The notes: generated by a model from the letters alone, not told the origin. DNA of 64,000 bases from the human T2T-CHM13v2.0 reference genome, Homo sapiens (GCF_009914755.1 NC_060928.1), one strand, 5' to 3'. Counted from the stretch's first letter, positions 27,722 to 44,005 are shown. Translations and numbers: made by a program.

Positions 27722-27861
27722 CAAGCTGAGTCAAAAGCTCTTAGTTTTAGAAGGTGTGATGAAAAGTGCACATGCTTTGCAACCCAAGTATGTGTTTTTC
27801 TGTGTGTGTGTGTGTCCAGTCAGTCCAACAAACTTCATCTTCTGCCAACACTTGAAAAAAG

Positions 27862-28265
<404 letters not shown>

Positions 28266-28304
28266 CTATTTTCATGCTATTACTGGGATTCTCTGCAGTT
28301 TCAT

Positions 28305-29050
28305 TGTCTCATTTAGTTCGTTCATTTATTCTTTCACTGATTTATTCATTTATTCAACACGTACTTATGAACAGCTACTACATGTCAGGCACTCTTCTGA
28401 GTGCTTGGAATATAGCAGTGAAAAAAACAAAGGCCGCTGCCTTTATGAAACTGGCATTCTTTGAGAGGCAGGTGCTAGAAATAAACAATTCTTCATCATC
28501 TGGATTATCACCACAGCCTCCTTAACTAGTCTTGGCTCTAGTTTCTCTCGTTTCTAATCCATCTTCTACACAGCTGCCAAGAGTGATTTAAAACTCAGAC
28601 AACATTAAACACTTCCTTTCCTTAAAAACATGAAATAACATGAAATAATTTTCTCCAGCACTTGGGAATTTGTGTCCATTCAGATTTCTCAGGATTGAAG
28701 AATAATGTCTTCCTAATCTGACCATAATACCTTCCTTAACCTTTTCTCATTGTTAAACCGAACACTATGAGGTTTATTGTAAATGCTTCCTTCTATGGAG
28801 AACCTATCTAATCCCTTCAAGTCAAAATTAAACACTCAGCACGATGTAGATGGTAGCTTCATTGAATTTCACTTCTTCTTTTCTATATCAAATTTACTGG
28901 ATCTTCCTCATTTGTAAGCTCTTGGAGAAGAGTTGTATCTTATTTATCTCTGTTAATTCTTAATGGCCAGCACTGTGCTTTGAATGTGGGAGATCCACAG
29001 AAGAAATGGATGTTGAATAAGTAAGTGAATTGTTGATTGAATACATGAAT
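28305..29050. mobile_element. L2 fragments (both orientations)
   Basis: TTCATTTATTCAACACGTACTTATGAACAGCTACTACATGTCAGGCAC at about 28345; TGTTGAATAAGTAAGTGAAT end at about 29010. Confidence 0.6.
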
Positions 29051-29861
29051 TAAAGAGTTCCATTAAAAGACTGAAGATATATAAAGTCATATTGGGTGAG
29101 AGGCAAGCACTTCTTTAAATTTCCAACTAGCAACTTAATTTCCAGAACTGCCTTAAAACCCTCCTATTCTGGAATTTATGTTAAGATACTTAAGTGTAAG
29201 GTCAGAGGAAGAATTGCTTTTCACTACATTTATTTTTAATACTTAGAGGTAGAAGGATGAGAGCTCACAGTTACATTATTTCATTTTATAATATTGCCTC
29301 ATGAGGTCAATCCTCTATTTCAGTGACCAGATGGAAACCCACCAAATAAATAAATCAAAAGGAATCAAGTAGACCTTGGAAATGAGTGTTTCAATAGGTA
29401 TATTTGATAATCTGTTGACACTAGAGTCATAATTTGCCCCTTGAAGATGTGCAGTGCAGAACAGCTGGGCTTGTCAGGGGAATCAAGCCAAGGTAAAGGT
29501 CAGAGAGCGATGGTGGGATTCGAACCTATGAAATGAACTCTAATGGGCACGTCTGACATGTGCACATAGGGGGAAGAAAAAAGGAGATACTGCTAGAGAT
29601 TAATTACTACAACTGCTAATGTGAATAAGGCTCTCCAATTCTGACATTTACCACAGAATGAACTCATGGCCCGGAAAATTTTTAAATGCTGCATTTCAAT
29701 TCAGTTGGTACAATTATGCAATGGGCCTAACCATTGAAAGAACTGAAAGGCTAGGTTTGTCAAATTTCTGAATGAGCCAAATAAACAGCAGGCTAAAGCA
29801 TCCTTGCTACATACCTTAGTTCTATTCTTAAATGATAAACTTTCTCATTTTTTTCATTTTT

Positions 29862-29986
29862 CTTTTTAATAAAGACAAAGTCTTGCTGTGTTGCCCAGAC
29901 TGATCTTGAATTCCTGGCCCCAAGTGATCCTCCTACTCTGGACACCCAAAGTGCTGGGATTACAGGCATGAGTCCCGTGCCTGGAC
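29862..29986 (-). mobile_element. FLAM/Alu left monomer
   Basis: Single left-arm sequence in reverse. Confidence 0.85.
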
Positions 29987-30346
29987 TTTGTTATTATTCT
30001 TTTTGTTTTTTTGTAGTCAAACTTTCCTGTGGACAACCTGAAAGCAGGGGCAGTGGTTACTAATTAAACTGCTTCCAATAATAAACTCGTGGGATTATTG
30101 TGTCAACTAGGTAACTGATATAATTATGCCTCAAATTATAAATTGGAATTCAGTCACAAAGAATTAGAGAATTCACCTGACACTTATGCACAGCTTAACT
30201 GATGGCTTAAATAATATATTTGGCACCTTACCACATGCCCAATACTGGCTCAGTGTGAACAAAGGTCATTATGACATGGCCTCTGTTTTTCTGGCCTCCC
30301 ATACAATCTAAAGACCATGCTCACCTCCTTTAGAAAATATTTTCTG

Positions 30347-30784
<438 letters not shown>

Positions 30785-31269
30785 TTAACCCGTTTTTCGT
30801 CCCTATTAGAGACTCGCACTACGTCTCGTTTGCTTTGGAACCTCTTTAGCATTCTGGACAGTGCAATGCACCAAGCAAATGCATAGTAATATTTGCTGAA
30901 AGAAGACTGCTTGCTCATTAAATTTGCTGATGTAATCAAAAATATAAAATTCTGTAGTTTTCCTGTCAAGTAGAGAAAGAAGGCAGAATCAAAAATTTTG
31001 TAAACATCCTTGGACTTTTAGTTGAAAAGTAAAACTGACCCATCTTGACAAAATTTTGCAACCAGGTGAATCCACATATTCATCTCTCCTGAAAGGAAAA
31101 TCTAAGTAGATAACAAATAAATTACATTTTCTTTATTTTGGCTTGCAATTTTCCTAGCATAAACGTGCATGGTATAGTCAGTTTTATTATAAGAAATGCT
31201 CACCATTCACATAGATAGTCTCTAGATATTTCATGAAAAAAATTAGTAAGATTTGTGTATATAGAACTA

Positions 31270-31715
31270 ATAAAAATCCATTTGAGTGCTGCAAGTAATA
31301 GGAAATCCATTGCAAAATTGATTAAACAATTAAGGAAAATTATGTCCCATAATAAGATCTTCTGAGGCAGGAGGAATCCAGGGTTGCTTTCTTCAGTAGC
31401 TCAATGATGTCTTCGGAATCACAGGCTTTTCCATCTGTGTGCACTGCATCCTCTCCTTACCCCTGGCCAGTTCCCCTTGAGGTCCCAAGGAGGCTGTCAC
31501 GGTTTCAGTTATCATAGGCAGATACAATGATGTTCAAGAGGGTGTGTGTATGTTTAATCAGCAGGGAAGCCCTTCCTAGAAAACCTCAGATAAATTCCTC
31601 TCTCATTTTATTCACCAGGATTGAGTCATTCGTCTCTTCCTAAAACCAAGAGCTGGCAAGGGAACTGGAATTTCGATGACTGGCTTGGATGATTCAGAAT
31701 TTAATCCTGAGTCAT
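31270..31715. mobile_element. Old MaLR LTR remnant (MLT1J/K-like)
   Basis: TGCAAGTAATAGGAAATCCA, GTAGCTCAATGATGTC, CTGGCAAGGGAACTGGAAT motifs. Confidence 0.55.
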
Positions 31716-31966
31716 GTGAGGTCAGGGTAGACACCCAAATAAAATGGAAGCTCTCTGGAAAGGGAGAAGAGTGTGCTGGCCTCTGGGTAGTCAGCTACAA
31801 AGCAAAAAGGAAAACATTCCTCAGAGAAAACACACACACACAAACACACAGTTACAATGCAACTTTTTACTGCTGCTGTGCAATTTACTTTTAAGACCAC
31901 ATGAAATTATTTGAAGTTACTTCTTTTCTCCTCTTTGGTCTCTGTTGCTAGCTAAATCATAATTAG

Positions 31967-32293
<327 letters not shown>

Positions 32294-32419
32294 AAGGATA
32301 TGGGTTTATACTAAAGCAATGCAAAGAAATGAAGGCAAGCCAGGGGCTCATTCAGAAACTATCCTCACAAAAGGCAAGGGAGAGGGCAATTATTGGTATT
32401 CCTCCATATTCAAGCTCTT

Positions 32420-32726
32420 TAGTTGTTGTTGTTATTGTTTAGAGACAGGGTCTCACTCTGTTGCCCTGGCTGGAGTGCAGTGGCACAATCCTGACTCACT
32501 GCAGCCTTGAACTCCTGGGCCCAAATAATTCCCCCACCTCAGCCTCCTAAGTAGCTGTGATTACACACATGGGCCTCCACACTCGGCTAATTTTTAAAAT
32601 TTTTTTGGTAGATATGAGGGTCTTACTATGTTGCCCAGGCTGGTGTCAAACCCCTGGCCTCAAGTGATCCTCCCACATCGGCCTCCCAAAGTGCTGGGAT
32701 TACTGACATGAGCCACTGTGCCTGGC
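32420..32726 (-). mobile_element. AluJ
   Basis: Reverse dimer, TSD TCCATA(T/A)TCAA(G/A)CTCTTT. Confidence 0.92.
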
Positions 32727-32754
32727 CTCCATAATCAAACTCTTTGATCTAGAG

Positions 32755-33070
32755 CAGAGGTCAGCACATTTTTTTTTAAAGGTCAGATAGTAAATGTTTT
32801 AGGCTTGCAGGTCATACATACAATCTCTATCACAACTCCTCAACCCTGTCACTGCAGTGGACAATACGTAAACCAGTAAGTGTGGCTGTGTTCTAATAAA
32901 ACAGAATTTATGGGCACTGAAATTAGAATTTTATATAGTTTTTATGGGTTGGTAAATATTTTTCTTTTAACTTTTTTCAACCACTTACAAAGTGAAAGCC
33001 CACTTTTAGCTGTATAAAAAAAGGTGGCAAGCCAGATTTGGCACATGAGCCATGGTTTACTAAATCCTGT
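32755..33070. mobile_element. MER58-like hAT-Charlie MITE
   Basis: CAGAGGTCAGCA...AAAGGTCAGATAGTAAATGTTTTAGGCTT...GCCAGATTTGGCAC...AATCCTG in a TCTA(G/C)A context. Confidence 0.8.
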
Positions 33071-33659
33071 TCTACAGCAGTTTTCATATTTGTCTTTTAT
33101 CTTACATCTCCTTCTTGCATATTTTAGATATGAATGAAGCTTCTCTATTTATTAGACTTAATTAATTGATTACATAACTGCAAAAATAAGTATTTCATTT
33201 AAGTGGACTATTTTGTAGATTCATAAAAGAACGTACTTTTTATTTGTACAATAACAGGTCCCAGTGGAGAGTCTTGCTTGACTCTACATTGCCAGTGTCA
33301 ATTTGGCCCCATATCATTTCTGCCTTTGTGTTAATTGGTTTTCTTATTATTAGAGTTGTATAAATGACCAGTGAGAAGATGTGAATATAAAACAGATTTG
33401 CCAGCACAATAAAAAATAGAAAAGTGGGGAAGACACTAAATTATACAGATAGATTGGAAATAACATTAGGTAAGAATCGCGCCGGTTTTACCCACACTGG
33501 AAAGAGCTGAGAGGTATGCATAGCTCTTTTATTGCTCTGAGTAATGATGGTAATTATGATGTAATCCACAGAGCACAACCGACACTGGACTGGGTGGAAA
33601 TAGTGCTCTCAATCCTCCACTCTATAACAATATGGCTTGTAAAACGTATGTACCATTGA

Positions 33660-33978
33660 GGCCAGGAGTGGTGGCTCATGACTACTTTGGAAGGCCAAGA
33701 CAGGAGGATCACTTGAGTCCAGGAGTTCAAGACCAGCCTGAGAAACATAGTGAGCCCCTGTCTCTACAAAAAAAATTTTTTTTAATTAACTGGGCATGGT
33801 GGCACACACCTGTGGTCCCAGCTACTTGAGAGGTTGAGGCTGGAGGATTGCTTGAGCCCAGGAGGTCAGGAGGTTGAGGCTGCAGTGAGCCAAGATCGTG
33901 CCACTGCACTCTAGCTGGTAGACAGAGTGAGACCCTGCCTCAAAAAAAAAAACAACAAAAAAAAAAACCAAAAAAACC
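33660..33978 (+). mobile_element. AluJ
   Basis: Dimer, A/C-rich tail, ACCCATTGA/ACCATTGA flanks. Confidence 0.92.
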
Positions 33979-34901
33979 CATTGACTTAATAGTAGTTTTG
34001 CTTCAAAAAGAGAAAAGAAATTTACCACTTTAAATGTAGGCATTGATAGCAAAGAGTATCACAATTATAGACAAGTTAAATGTAATTTATGAAAATGACA
34101 CTTTTAGCCTGGATGAAATGTGGCAATTCCCTAGATAAACAGTACATTAGGAAGGGCTTGTCTATTTCTAGATGGCAGTAAGTGACTTCAATTTAGGCCA
34201 GGGTAATTTAGACCAGTAAGTGGTATTTCTCAACCTTGTAAATATATAATAAAGGGAAAATAGCTCAAAGTATGCTGTAAGAAAAACATGTAAACCTGCT
34301 ATCTGGATTATTGAGAAATATTTAATGGTGTAAAGCAAGTAAGCTGTAATCAACAGAATCTTTACATTTTTTGGTATCTCTTTGTAAAACCTTTGCCCTT
34401 CTCTACTTAAGACACCCAGGGAACTGGCTGTGCTTCCTGATCATTAAGAAGACTGAAATAAAGTGACTCCTTATTCATTCCAGAAATGGATTTCACTATG
34501 CTGCAGCACTTAGCTTGTAAAATGGATTTATAAACAGGTGAAATATTAGGTGGGTAAAGCCACATGACAGTAAAGATTTACAAATTAAATTTCTTTATCT
34601 GAATATTCTTACTTTAAGGATTTATTTTCCCATCTCTGTAAATAAACATTTTTTTTTAAGAACCTACTTGGTATAATAGAAAGAGCACTTGAACAGGGAA
34701 AAATGGCAATTAAGATTTTGGTTTTGACCTTGCTGCCACTGGCATAGAGAACTTGGGAAAGTCATTTCATCTTCCTTGGTTAACTTCAATTTCTTTCTTT
34801 TTTTTTTAAACCAGCTTTATTGAGATGTAATTGACATACAATAAATTGCACATATTTGAAGCATACATCTGTACATTTTTACATATATGTACACACATGA
34901 A

Positions 34902-35091
34902 CAGGGTTGTCAGATTTAAAGTACAGAATGCCCAGTTAAATTCGGATTTCAGATAAACAATGAAACATTTTTAGTATAAGTATGTCCCAAACATTTGCAT
35001 GGTACATATTCATACTAAAAAAATTTATTCATCTGAAATTCAAATTTAACTGGCCACTCTATGTTTTTATTTGCGAAATCAAACAGCTCTA
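34902..35091. mobile_element. MER53-like palindromic hAT MITE
   Basis: Inverted arms CCAGTTAAATT.GGATTTCAGATAAA / ATCTGAAATTCAAATTTAACTGG and TTTTTAGTATAAGTATGT / ACATATTCATACTAAAAA. Confidence 0.85.
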
Positions 35092-35254
35092 TCCATGGAT
35101 TCTCACTGTAGTTAAGATCAAGAACTTATCTGTCATTTTTCCCATACCCAGGCAATCACTTTTCTGCTTTCTGTTACTATAGATTAGTTTGCGGTTCCCA
35201 GAATTTGATCTAAATGGCATCGAATCATACAGTATGCACTCTCTTTTGTCTGGC

Positions 35255-35557
35255 TTCTTCTTCTTCTTTTTTTTTTTTTTTTTTTGAGAGGGAGTCTTGC
35301 TCTGTTGCCCAGGCTGGAGTGCACTGGTGCAATCTCCGCTCACTGCAACCTCTGCCTCCTGGATTCAAGTATTCTCCTGCCTCAGTCTCCCTAGTATCTG
35401 AGATTACAGGCACACGCCACCACGCCCGGCTAGTTTTTGTATTTTTAGTAGAGATGGGGCCTCACCATATTGGCCAAGCTGGTCTCAAACTCCTGACCTC
35501 AAGTGATCCACCCAACCCAAAGTGCTGGGATTACAGGTGTGAGCCACTGTGCCTGGC
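35255..35557 (-). mobile_element. AluSx/Sz
   Basis: Reverse dimer, TSD TTGTCTGGCT. Confidence 0.93.
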
Positions 35558-36125
35558 TTGTCTGGCTCCCTACACTAAGCATAATTATTTTGAGATCATC
35601 CAAATTGTAACATGTAGCAATAGTTTATTCCTTTTTATTGCTGAGTAATATTCTATTGTACAGATATGTAACATTTACCTATTGATGGACTTTGGGGTTC
35701 TTTTCAATTTGGGGCTGTATAAAGCTGCTATGAACATTTGTGTATTAATCTTTTTATGGACATTTGTTTTCATTTATCTTGGGTAAATAACTAGAAGTGG
35801 AATGGCTGGATCATATGGTAGATGTATTAATTTGTAAAGGAACTTCCAAATTGCTTCAACAGTAGTTGTGTCATTTTTGCATTCCCACTAGCAGTATATG
35901 AGAGTTCTATTTTCTCCACATCTTTGCCAACACTTGGTCTTCTTAATTGGTGCATTCTAATAGGTATGTAGTGATACCTCATTGCAGTTTTAATTTGCAA
36001 TCTCTAATGACTAATCATGTAGAGGACCTTTTGCTTATTTGCTATCCATATATTTTCTTTAGTAAAGTGTTCAAATCTTTTGCCCATTTCTTAATTGCCT
36101 CGTCTTCTTATTGAGAGAGTTGAGC

Positions 36126-36997
36126 TTTTTAAAAAACTTTTATTTTAGGTTTGGGGGTACATGTGCAAGTTTGTTATATAGGTAAACTCATGTCATGGGG
36201 GTTTGTTGTACAGATTGTCACCCAGGTACTAAGCCTAGTACCCAATAGTTACTTTTTCTGCTCCTCTCCCTCCTCCCATCCTCTACCCTCAAGTAGGCTA
36301 TTGTTCTCTTCTTTGTGTCTGTGAGTTCTCATCATTTAGCTCCCACTTATAAGTGAGAACATGCAGTATTTGGTTTTCTATTCCTGCATTAGTTTGCTAA
36401 GGCTAATGGCCTCCAGTTCTATCCATGTTCCCACAAAAGACAGGATCTCACTCTTTCTTATGGCTGCATAGTATTCCATGTCGTATATGTACCATGTTTT
36501 CTTTATTCAATCTATCATTAATGGGCATTTAGTTTGATTCAATGTCTTTGCTATTGTGAGTAGTGCTGCAATGAACATTTGTGTGCACGTGTCTTTATGA
36601 TACACTAATTTACATTCCACTGGTTTTATACCCAGTAATGGGATTGCTGCATTAAATGGCAGTTCTGTTTTTAGCTCTTTGAGGAAGTGCCACCCTGCTT
36701 TCCACAATGGTTGAACTAATTTACACTCCAACAAGTGTTCCCTTTGCTCTGCATCCTCGCCAGCATCTGTTATTTTTTGACTTTTTAATAATAGCCATCC
36801 TGACTGGTGTTTTTGTGGTTTTGATTTGCATTTCTCTAATGATCAGTGATATTGAGCTTTTTTTTTCATATGCTTCTTGGCCACATGTATGTCTTCTTTA
36901 GAAAAGTATCCTTATCACTTGCCCACTTTTTAATGGGGTTGTTTGTTATTTTCCTGTAAATTTGTTTCTGTTCCTTATGGATGCTGGATATTAGACC
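36126..36997 (-). mobile_element. L1PA13-16-like 3' end nested in L1M
   Basis: TTTTATTTTAGGTTTGGGGGTACATGTGCAAGTTTGTTATATAGGTAAACTC; ORF 36507-36734 encodes an ORF2 C-terminal peptide. Confidence 0.85.
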
Positions 36998-37534
36998 AAG
37001 AGTATTTTATATGCTCTGAATACAAGTCCTTTATCAGATATGTACCTTGCAAATATTTTCTTCTAATCTGTGCTTGTAGTTTCATTTTTTAAAGTGTCTT
37101 GTGAAGAGCAGAAGTTTTTAATTTTGATAAAGTTTACTTTATTAATTTATTCTTTAATGGATCATACCATAGGTGTTACACCTAAAAATTATTTTGTTAA
37201 AAAAATTATTTTTTGTAGAGATGGGATCTCATTATGTTGCCCAGGTTGGTCTCAACTCCTGGCCTCAAGCATGAGCTACTGTGCCCAGCCTAAATAATCT
37301 TTGTCTAATCTAAGATCACAAAGTTTTTCTTCTATGTTTTCTTTTAGAAGTTTTATAGTTTTAGGTTTATACATATAGGTCCATGACCCGTTTCAAGTCC
37401 ATTTTTGTATATAAGAAGAGATATGAAGTTCAATTGTTTTTGTATATGGATATCCAGTTATTTTGGCACCATTTGTAAAAGACTATCACTTTTCACTAAA
37501 TTGCTTTTGCATCTTTGTTTTAATGATACATATC

Positions 37535-37538
<4 letters not shown>

Positions 37539-37568
<30 letters not shown>
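37539..37568. repeat. (CA)n microsatellite
   Basis: About 14 CA units. Confidence 0.95.
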
Positions 37569-37570
<2 letters not shown>

Positions 37571-38775
37571 GTGTTGTTAACTGGGTCCCTATGTGAAATG
37601 TATTTCTTACTGTGGACTGCAGTCAGAAAAGTTTGAAAGGCAGTGCTATGATGGCTACCTGAATTACTTTTTTCTCTCTCTCTGGTCTCCTAATCATTCT
37701 TGTCTATCACTTCCATATATTCAGTCCTTCCTGCTTCTTCAATTTCCACTGTTCCTCTAAAACGTCATTTTCTATGAAAGCACATTTATGATCACCTCAG
37801 GAAAGCATTGTTTTTGCTATTCCTTTCATTTTTTCCTCCCCTCTCTGCTATACAGGGAAATGATAAAACATTTTATATCTCCCTGCCAAGTTTATACCAC
37901 TCTCTGTGTAATTCACCCTGTGACCTTTCATTCAGTGTTTCTTGTGGTTCGCAATTGGTTTACAGCACATCATTTCCTTTTTCATTTGTTTTGCTTTATT
38001 GGGAGACAGCATGATGTGTAGAAAAGAGAATGGGCCATACTCCAGCTGAACCCTATTTCATAATAGGCTCATAACCTTCTTCAAAATACCATCTCTCAGG
38101 CTCAGTTTCTTTATCTGAAAAATAAAACCACATCTAACAACCTCATATATTTGTTGTAAGAATTAAGTAAGGTATTGTATGTAGCATATGTGAGGCATGT
38201 CTAGTCCTATACCGGACACATAATAGATGCCTGATGATAGCTATTATCACCATACTATGTACCTTCTAACCACTTCTGTTATTTCCATCACCTTCCCTCA
38301 TGTCTGTATCTTCTACTATGCTAATGCTATTGTAGGCTGTACAGTACGGCGCCTCAGATAATTAAATTCAATGACCTCAACTACCCTTGTGAGAATGATT
38401 TTACACAGGAAGTGTCATGGTGCCAAAGAGACGAAAGAGATCAGATTTCATTTCACTCTAAAAAAGAAAGACATTTTTTCTTCCACAAAAGAGAGCTTTA
38501 AACCTCCTTCCCATTATCAAGGTAGACAGAAAAATACTCCTCTTTAAAGAGAACACAGCTACTAGAAATGCTAACCATTCAGCTAACAGGGTCAGAATGG
38601 TAGCTCAAACTACCATTCCCCAGGACTTAAAAGGCAAAAATAAGAATGCTCTGTGAATGCTGATAGGGACAAGAACATTCTAACCTAGACCAGATAAGAA
38701 AATGTTGGACACAGAAAAGGAACTTAGACTGATTCACAGACTTTTGACGAGTCATCACCAGCTGAGTCCATTTTG

Positions 38776-39032
<257 letters not shown>

Positions 39033-39035
39033 TAG

Positions 39036-39347
<312 letters not shown>

Positions 39348-39725
39348 ATGTATTCATTAGTTTTTTGTTAAATGTTAAAATAATCAAGAGCCATTCTATG
39401 AGTTCCTAGATTCCTAGCCTGGGTAGACTTTACCTGATTATAAATAATAATGGGAATTCTGGCACCTAACATGGTTGTTCTATTTTTGCACTGGGTCACA
39501 ATTTCAATACATTTACTCACTTTTATTAATACACAGTAAGTGTCAAGCTGTTTTTTTTACCATAATTAATTCATTATTATTCATCCTATTAGTTATATGA
39601 CCTGGTATTAAAGCTACCAGGTCAAGAGTGGTTTTGTTTGTTTGTTTGAGATGGAGTTTTGCTCTTGTTGCCCAGGCTGTTTAATTAATACCTTCTTCCA
39701 GAAACTTAGTTTTAAAAAACCATCG

Positions 39726-40256
<531 letters not shown>

Positions 40257-40317
40257 CTAGGGTGTTTGGATATATGGATGCTCCCAGATAACATTAATCT
40301 GAGTTCTAACAAGTCTC

Positions 40318-40919
40318 CAGCTGTACTTTCCGATGGAGCAGCCACTAGCCACATGTGTTATTGTGGCTAGCCCAAACTGAGAAGTGCTATAAGTCAAAAG
40401 TACACACCCAGAGTTCACATACTTAGTACAAAAGAAAAAATGTAAACATTTTGTTAATAACTTTCAATATTGATTTCATATTGAAATAACTTTGGATTTA
40501 TTGGATTAAACAAAGTATATTATTAAAGTTATTTGTACCTGTTTTAATTTTTTTTTAAGAGGGAGTTTCACTCTGTTGCCCAGGCTGGAGGGCAGTGGTG
40601 CAATCTCGGCTCACTGTAACCTCCATTTCCCAGGTTCGAGTGATTCTCTTGCCTTAGCCTCCTGAGTAGCTGGGTCTATGGGTGTGTGCCACCACGCCCA
40701 GCTAATCTTTGTATTTTTAGTAGAGACAGAGTTTCGCCATGTTGGCCAGGCTGGTCTTGAACTTCTCACTTCAAGTGATCCACCTGCCTTGGCCTCCCAA
40801 AGGCTGGGGTTACAGGCGTGAGCCACCGCGCCTGACCCTCTTTTAATTTTTTAATGTGGCTGCCAGAAAATGTTCAATTATGTATGTGGCTCGAATTATG
40901 TTTCCGTTGAACAGTGTTG
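40318..40919. mobile_element. MER33/MER3-like hAT MITE split by an Alu (40548-40837, minus)
   Basis: GCAGCCACTAGCCACATGTG ... AATGTGGCTGCCAGAAAAT...TATGTGGCTCG...GAACAGTGTTG; Alu flanked by TTTTAATTTTTT. Confidence 0.8.
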
Positions 40920-41861
40920 GTCTGAAGTTTACAAACTTGTGAAATTCTACAATACTTAAAGCTGGTGGATAATTATAACTGTGGCTCATTAAGATTTGGA
41001 AAACTTGTTGCAATATTTGTTAGAGAGGGAGAGGTTTTTAGTGTACATAACTGGCTGAAGAGTCAGACAGAAGCAGTATAGAAGGGTCATTCAGAAGTCC
41101 AAAGTGAAACCATCTTAAGCAACCATGTTTACGCGAGATGAAAAGCTAGTGGCTTTAACCTGTGGGAAAATGTACCACACCCTGCCAATGCAATGCAAAG
41201 TTCATCTTGTTACTCATCCCTGAAACCTGCCCCCCAGCTTTCTATAGCTAATTGCTCACAGTTGGATCCCTTTTAAAGTGAGATTACACTCCCTACAGGA
41301 TATGTTGTACATGCTGACAGCCAAGTTTCCAAGGTTTTCATTCAACCTAATACTCATTTTTGGTCATATTACGGCTTTGAGCAAAACGCTGAACATGAAG
41401 AAGCTGAATTGAAGATGATACTAAGTGGTGACAGATAGTAATCCCCAGGATGCATCTTGGTTGTATCAAAGAGATACAAAAGAAACTTAAAGACAGAGGT
41501 TTTAAAGTCAGAGCAATCATAGATTGCCAATAACTTACTAATAATATGTAAATTTAAAACATGTCAAACACAGGTAGGACAACCTCAGGGAAGCATAGAA
41601 ATCAGGGAGTCAAAGTGGCAAGCATTGATAATGTTCACCCACCACAAACGAGGGCTGAGGGTCCTCCCTTTGAGAGGCAAAGCTCAAAAGAGAAGGGTTA
41701 GGATTGGTCAAGTTATTACAGTTTATGGCCATTAAGCCAATGTTTAACATTGTTTTCCCTAGAATGCCAGTGTTGTTCTAATATTGTCCTGTGAAAGTTT
41801 TGATGCCGGCAGTATTTTCTTCTAAAATGTATTTAAAATATATTGAAGAATACGGTAATTA

Positions 41862-42661
41862 GGAGGCCAGAGATCTAGCAACTGAAGCAGCATATGGCCA
41901 AGCCGTGTGGGGTGCGCCTGAGACGGGAGGCCTGTAAACAGGTGGAGATCTTCAGGCAGAATCTTTTCCAGGAGGCTGAGGAATTCCTCTACAGATTCTT
42001 GCCACAGAAAATCATATACCTGAATCAGCTCTTGCAAGGTACTGCCTCAATGTGGCTGACCTGACTTCCCTCCGGGCCCCACTGGACATCTCATCCCAGG
42101 CCCTCCACCCAAGGATGATGAGATGGAAACAGATAAGCAGGAGATGAAAGAAGTCCCTAAGAGTGGATTTCTCCCTAGGAATGAGAAGGTCCTGTTCCTG
42201 CTTGCCCTGGTTAAGCCAGGAGTCTGTAGTCTCAAAGAGAAATGCATTCTAGTGATCACAGGGATCCAGCACCTGATCCTCAAGATTGAAGATGGATGAT
42301 TTTGGGGTAGCAATCCAGGAGAAGGTGCTGGAGAGGGTGAATGCCGTCAAAAGCAAAGTGGAAGCTTTCCAGACAACCATTTCCAAGTACTTCTCAGAAC
42401 GTCGGGATGCTGTGGCCAAGGCCTCCAAGGAGACTCATGTAATGGACTACTGGGTCTTGGTGCACCAGCGAGATGAGGCAGCCTATGGGGAGCTCAGGGC
42501 CATGGTGCTGGACTTCGGGGCCTTCTACACTGAGGTTTAACATATCAGCAGCAGCAACCTGGAGAAAATTGTCAACCCGAAGGGTGAAGAGAAGCCATCT
42601 ATGCACTGAATCCAGGACTAGAAGGAAAATAAATGACCTATATGTTGTGTGTGGGAAAAAA
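41862..42661 (+). pseudogene. Processed pseudogene of PSME2 (proteasome activator PA28-beta)
   Basis: Intronless: ATG 41894 MAKPCGVRL...; [34 protein letters not shown]; ...IVNPKGEEKPSM, TGA 42607-42609. Frameshifted. AATAAA and short A tail. TSD AAGAATA(C/T)GGTAATTA at 41846-41861 and 42662-42677. Confidence 0.96.
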
Positions 42662-42728
42662 AAGAATATGGTAATTACATAATAACAATGTAGTTATCAG
42701 TAAAATGTCTTTAAGAAATGGTATATTT

Positions 42729-42853
42729 CACCTGGCACAGTGGCATGCGCCTGTAGTCCCAGCTACTTGGGAGGCTGGGGTGGGAGGATTTCTTGAGCCT
42801 AGGAGCTCAAGTCCAGCCTGGGCAACATACTGAGAACTCTCTCTAAAATAAAT
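42729..42853 (+). mobile_element. FLAM_A-like monomer
   Basis: Single Alu monomer with short tail. Confidence 0.85.
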
Positions 42854-43064
42854 AAGTAGATACAGTACAAAATTTTTAAAAAGAAATGCTACATGTGAGG
42901 TTTCTAGGACATTACCTATGAGATCATCTGATACATGCCAGCCTCTTTCATATACATATTGATACCTCAGTTTCATATACGTGTTATTGTGACTTCAGAT
43001 TTTATCTGTAAGGTGGAGGATAACATATCTACATCACAGAGTTTTGTAAGAATTGAGATAATTC

Positions 43065-43482
<418 letters not shown>

Positions 43483-43759
43483 TTAATACACATTTATAAA
43501 GTGGATCAGATGTTGACTATTCTTAAATAATTAGTAAATAAAACAATATTGCATTGTCTTTTAAATCCAAGAATACACTTCATTTCATGAATTCCATTCC
43601 TGTTAAGCCCTTTTAACACATTATAATTGAAACAATATTGCTGTGGTTATGTAGCCAGGACTCAAGCAGCATTAAGTAAAACCATGAATGAAGTGAATTT
43701 GAGAAACATTGTATTAGACATTTGATCATCCAATATTTTCATTCTGCTTTGAGTCTATA

Positions 43760-43945
43760 GCAGTGGTTTATTGGGCTCTCAAGAGAAAAAGCTATGGTTT
43801 TAGCATTTACCAGTTTCTGTGGTATAAACATTTCCAACATGGTCAATGTCAAACTATTGTGTGATGTCACTGAATGCAAAGTTGGAAAGAGATGCTAATA
43901 ATTGGTTCTCTCAAGAAGGTACAAACAGGCTCCCAAACACCACTC
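43760..43945. mobile_element. MER63-like DNA transposon remnant
   Basis: Ends CAGTGGT.../ACACCACT with internal GGCTCTCAAGAG and GGTTCTCTCAAGA. Confidence 0.55.
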
Positions 43946-44005
43946 AAATAAATACTTTGCATGATTATAGCATGGCTTCTCATACAGTGTTCATTCATTC
44001 ATTAT

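Larger units (their letters stand above)
34800..37520 (-). mobile_element. Old L1M 3' region with nested MER53, Alu, L1PA13-16 and FLAM pieces
   Basis: AGCTTTATTGAGATGTAATTGACATACAATAAATTGCAC end; ORF2 C-terminal remnants continue on both sides of the nested elements. Confidence 0.75.

Noticed and set aside
42286-42540. 84-aa PA28-beta ORF as a functional retrogene
   Set aside because: A fragment between frameshifts in a decayed processed pseudogene.
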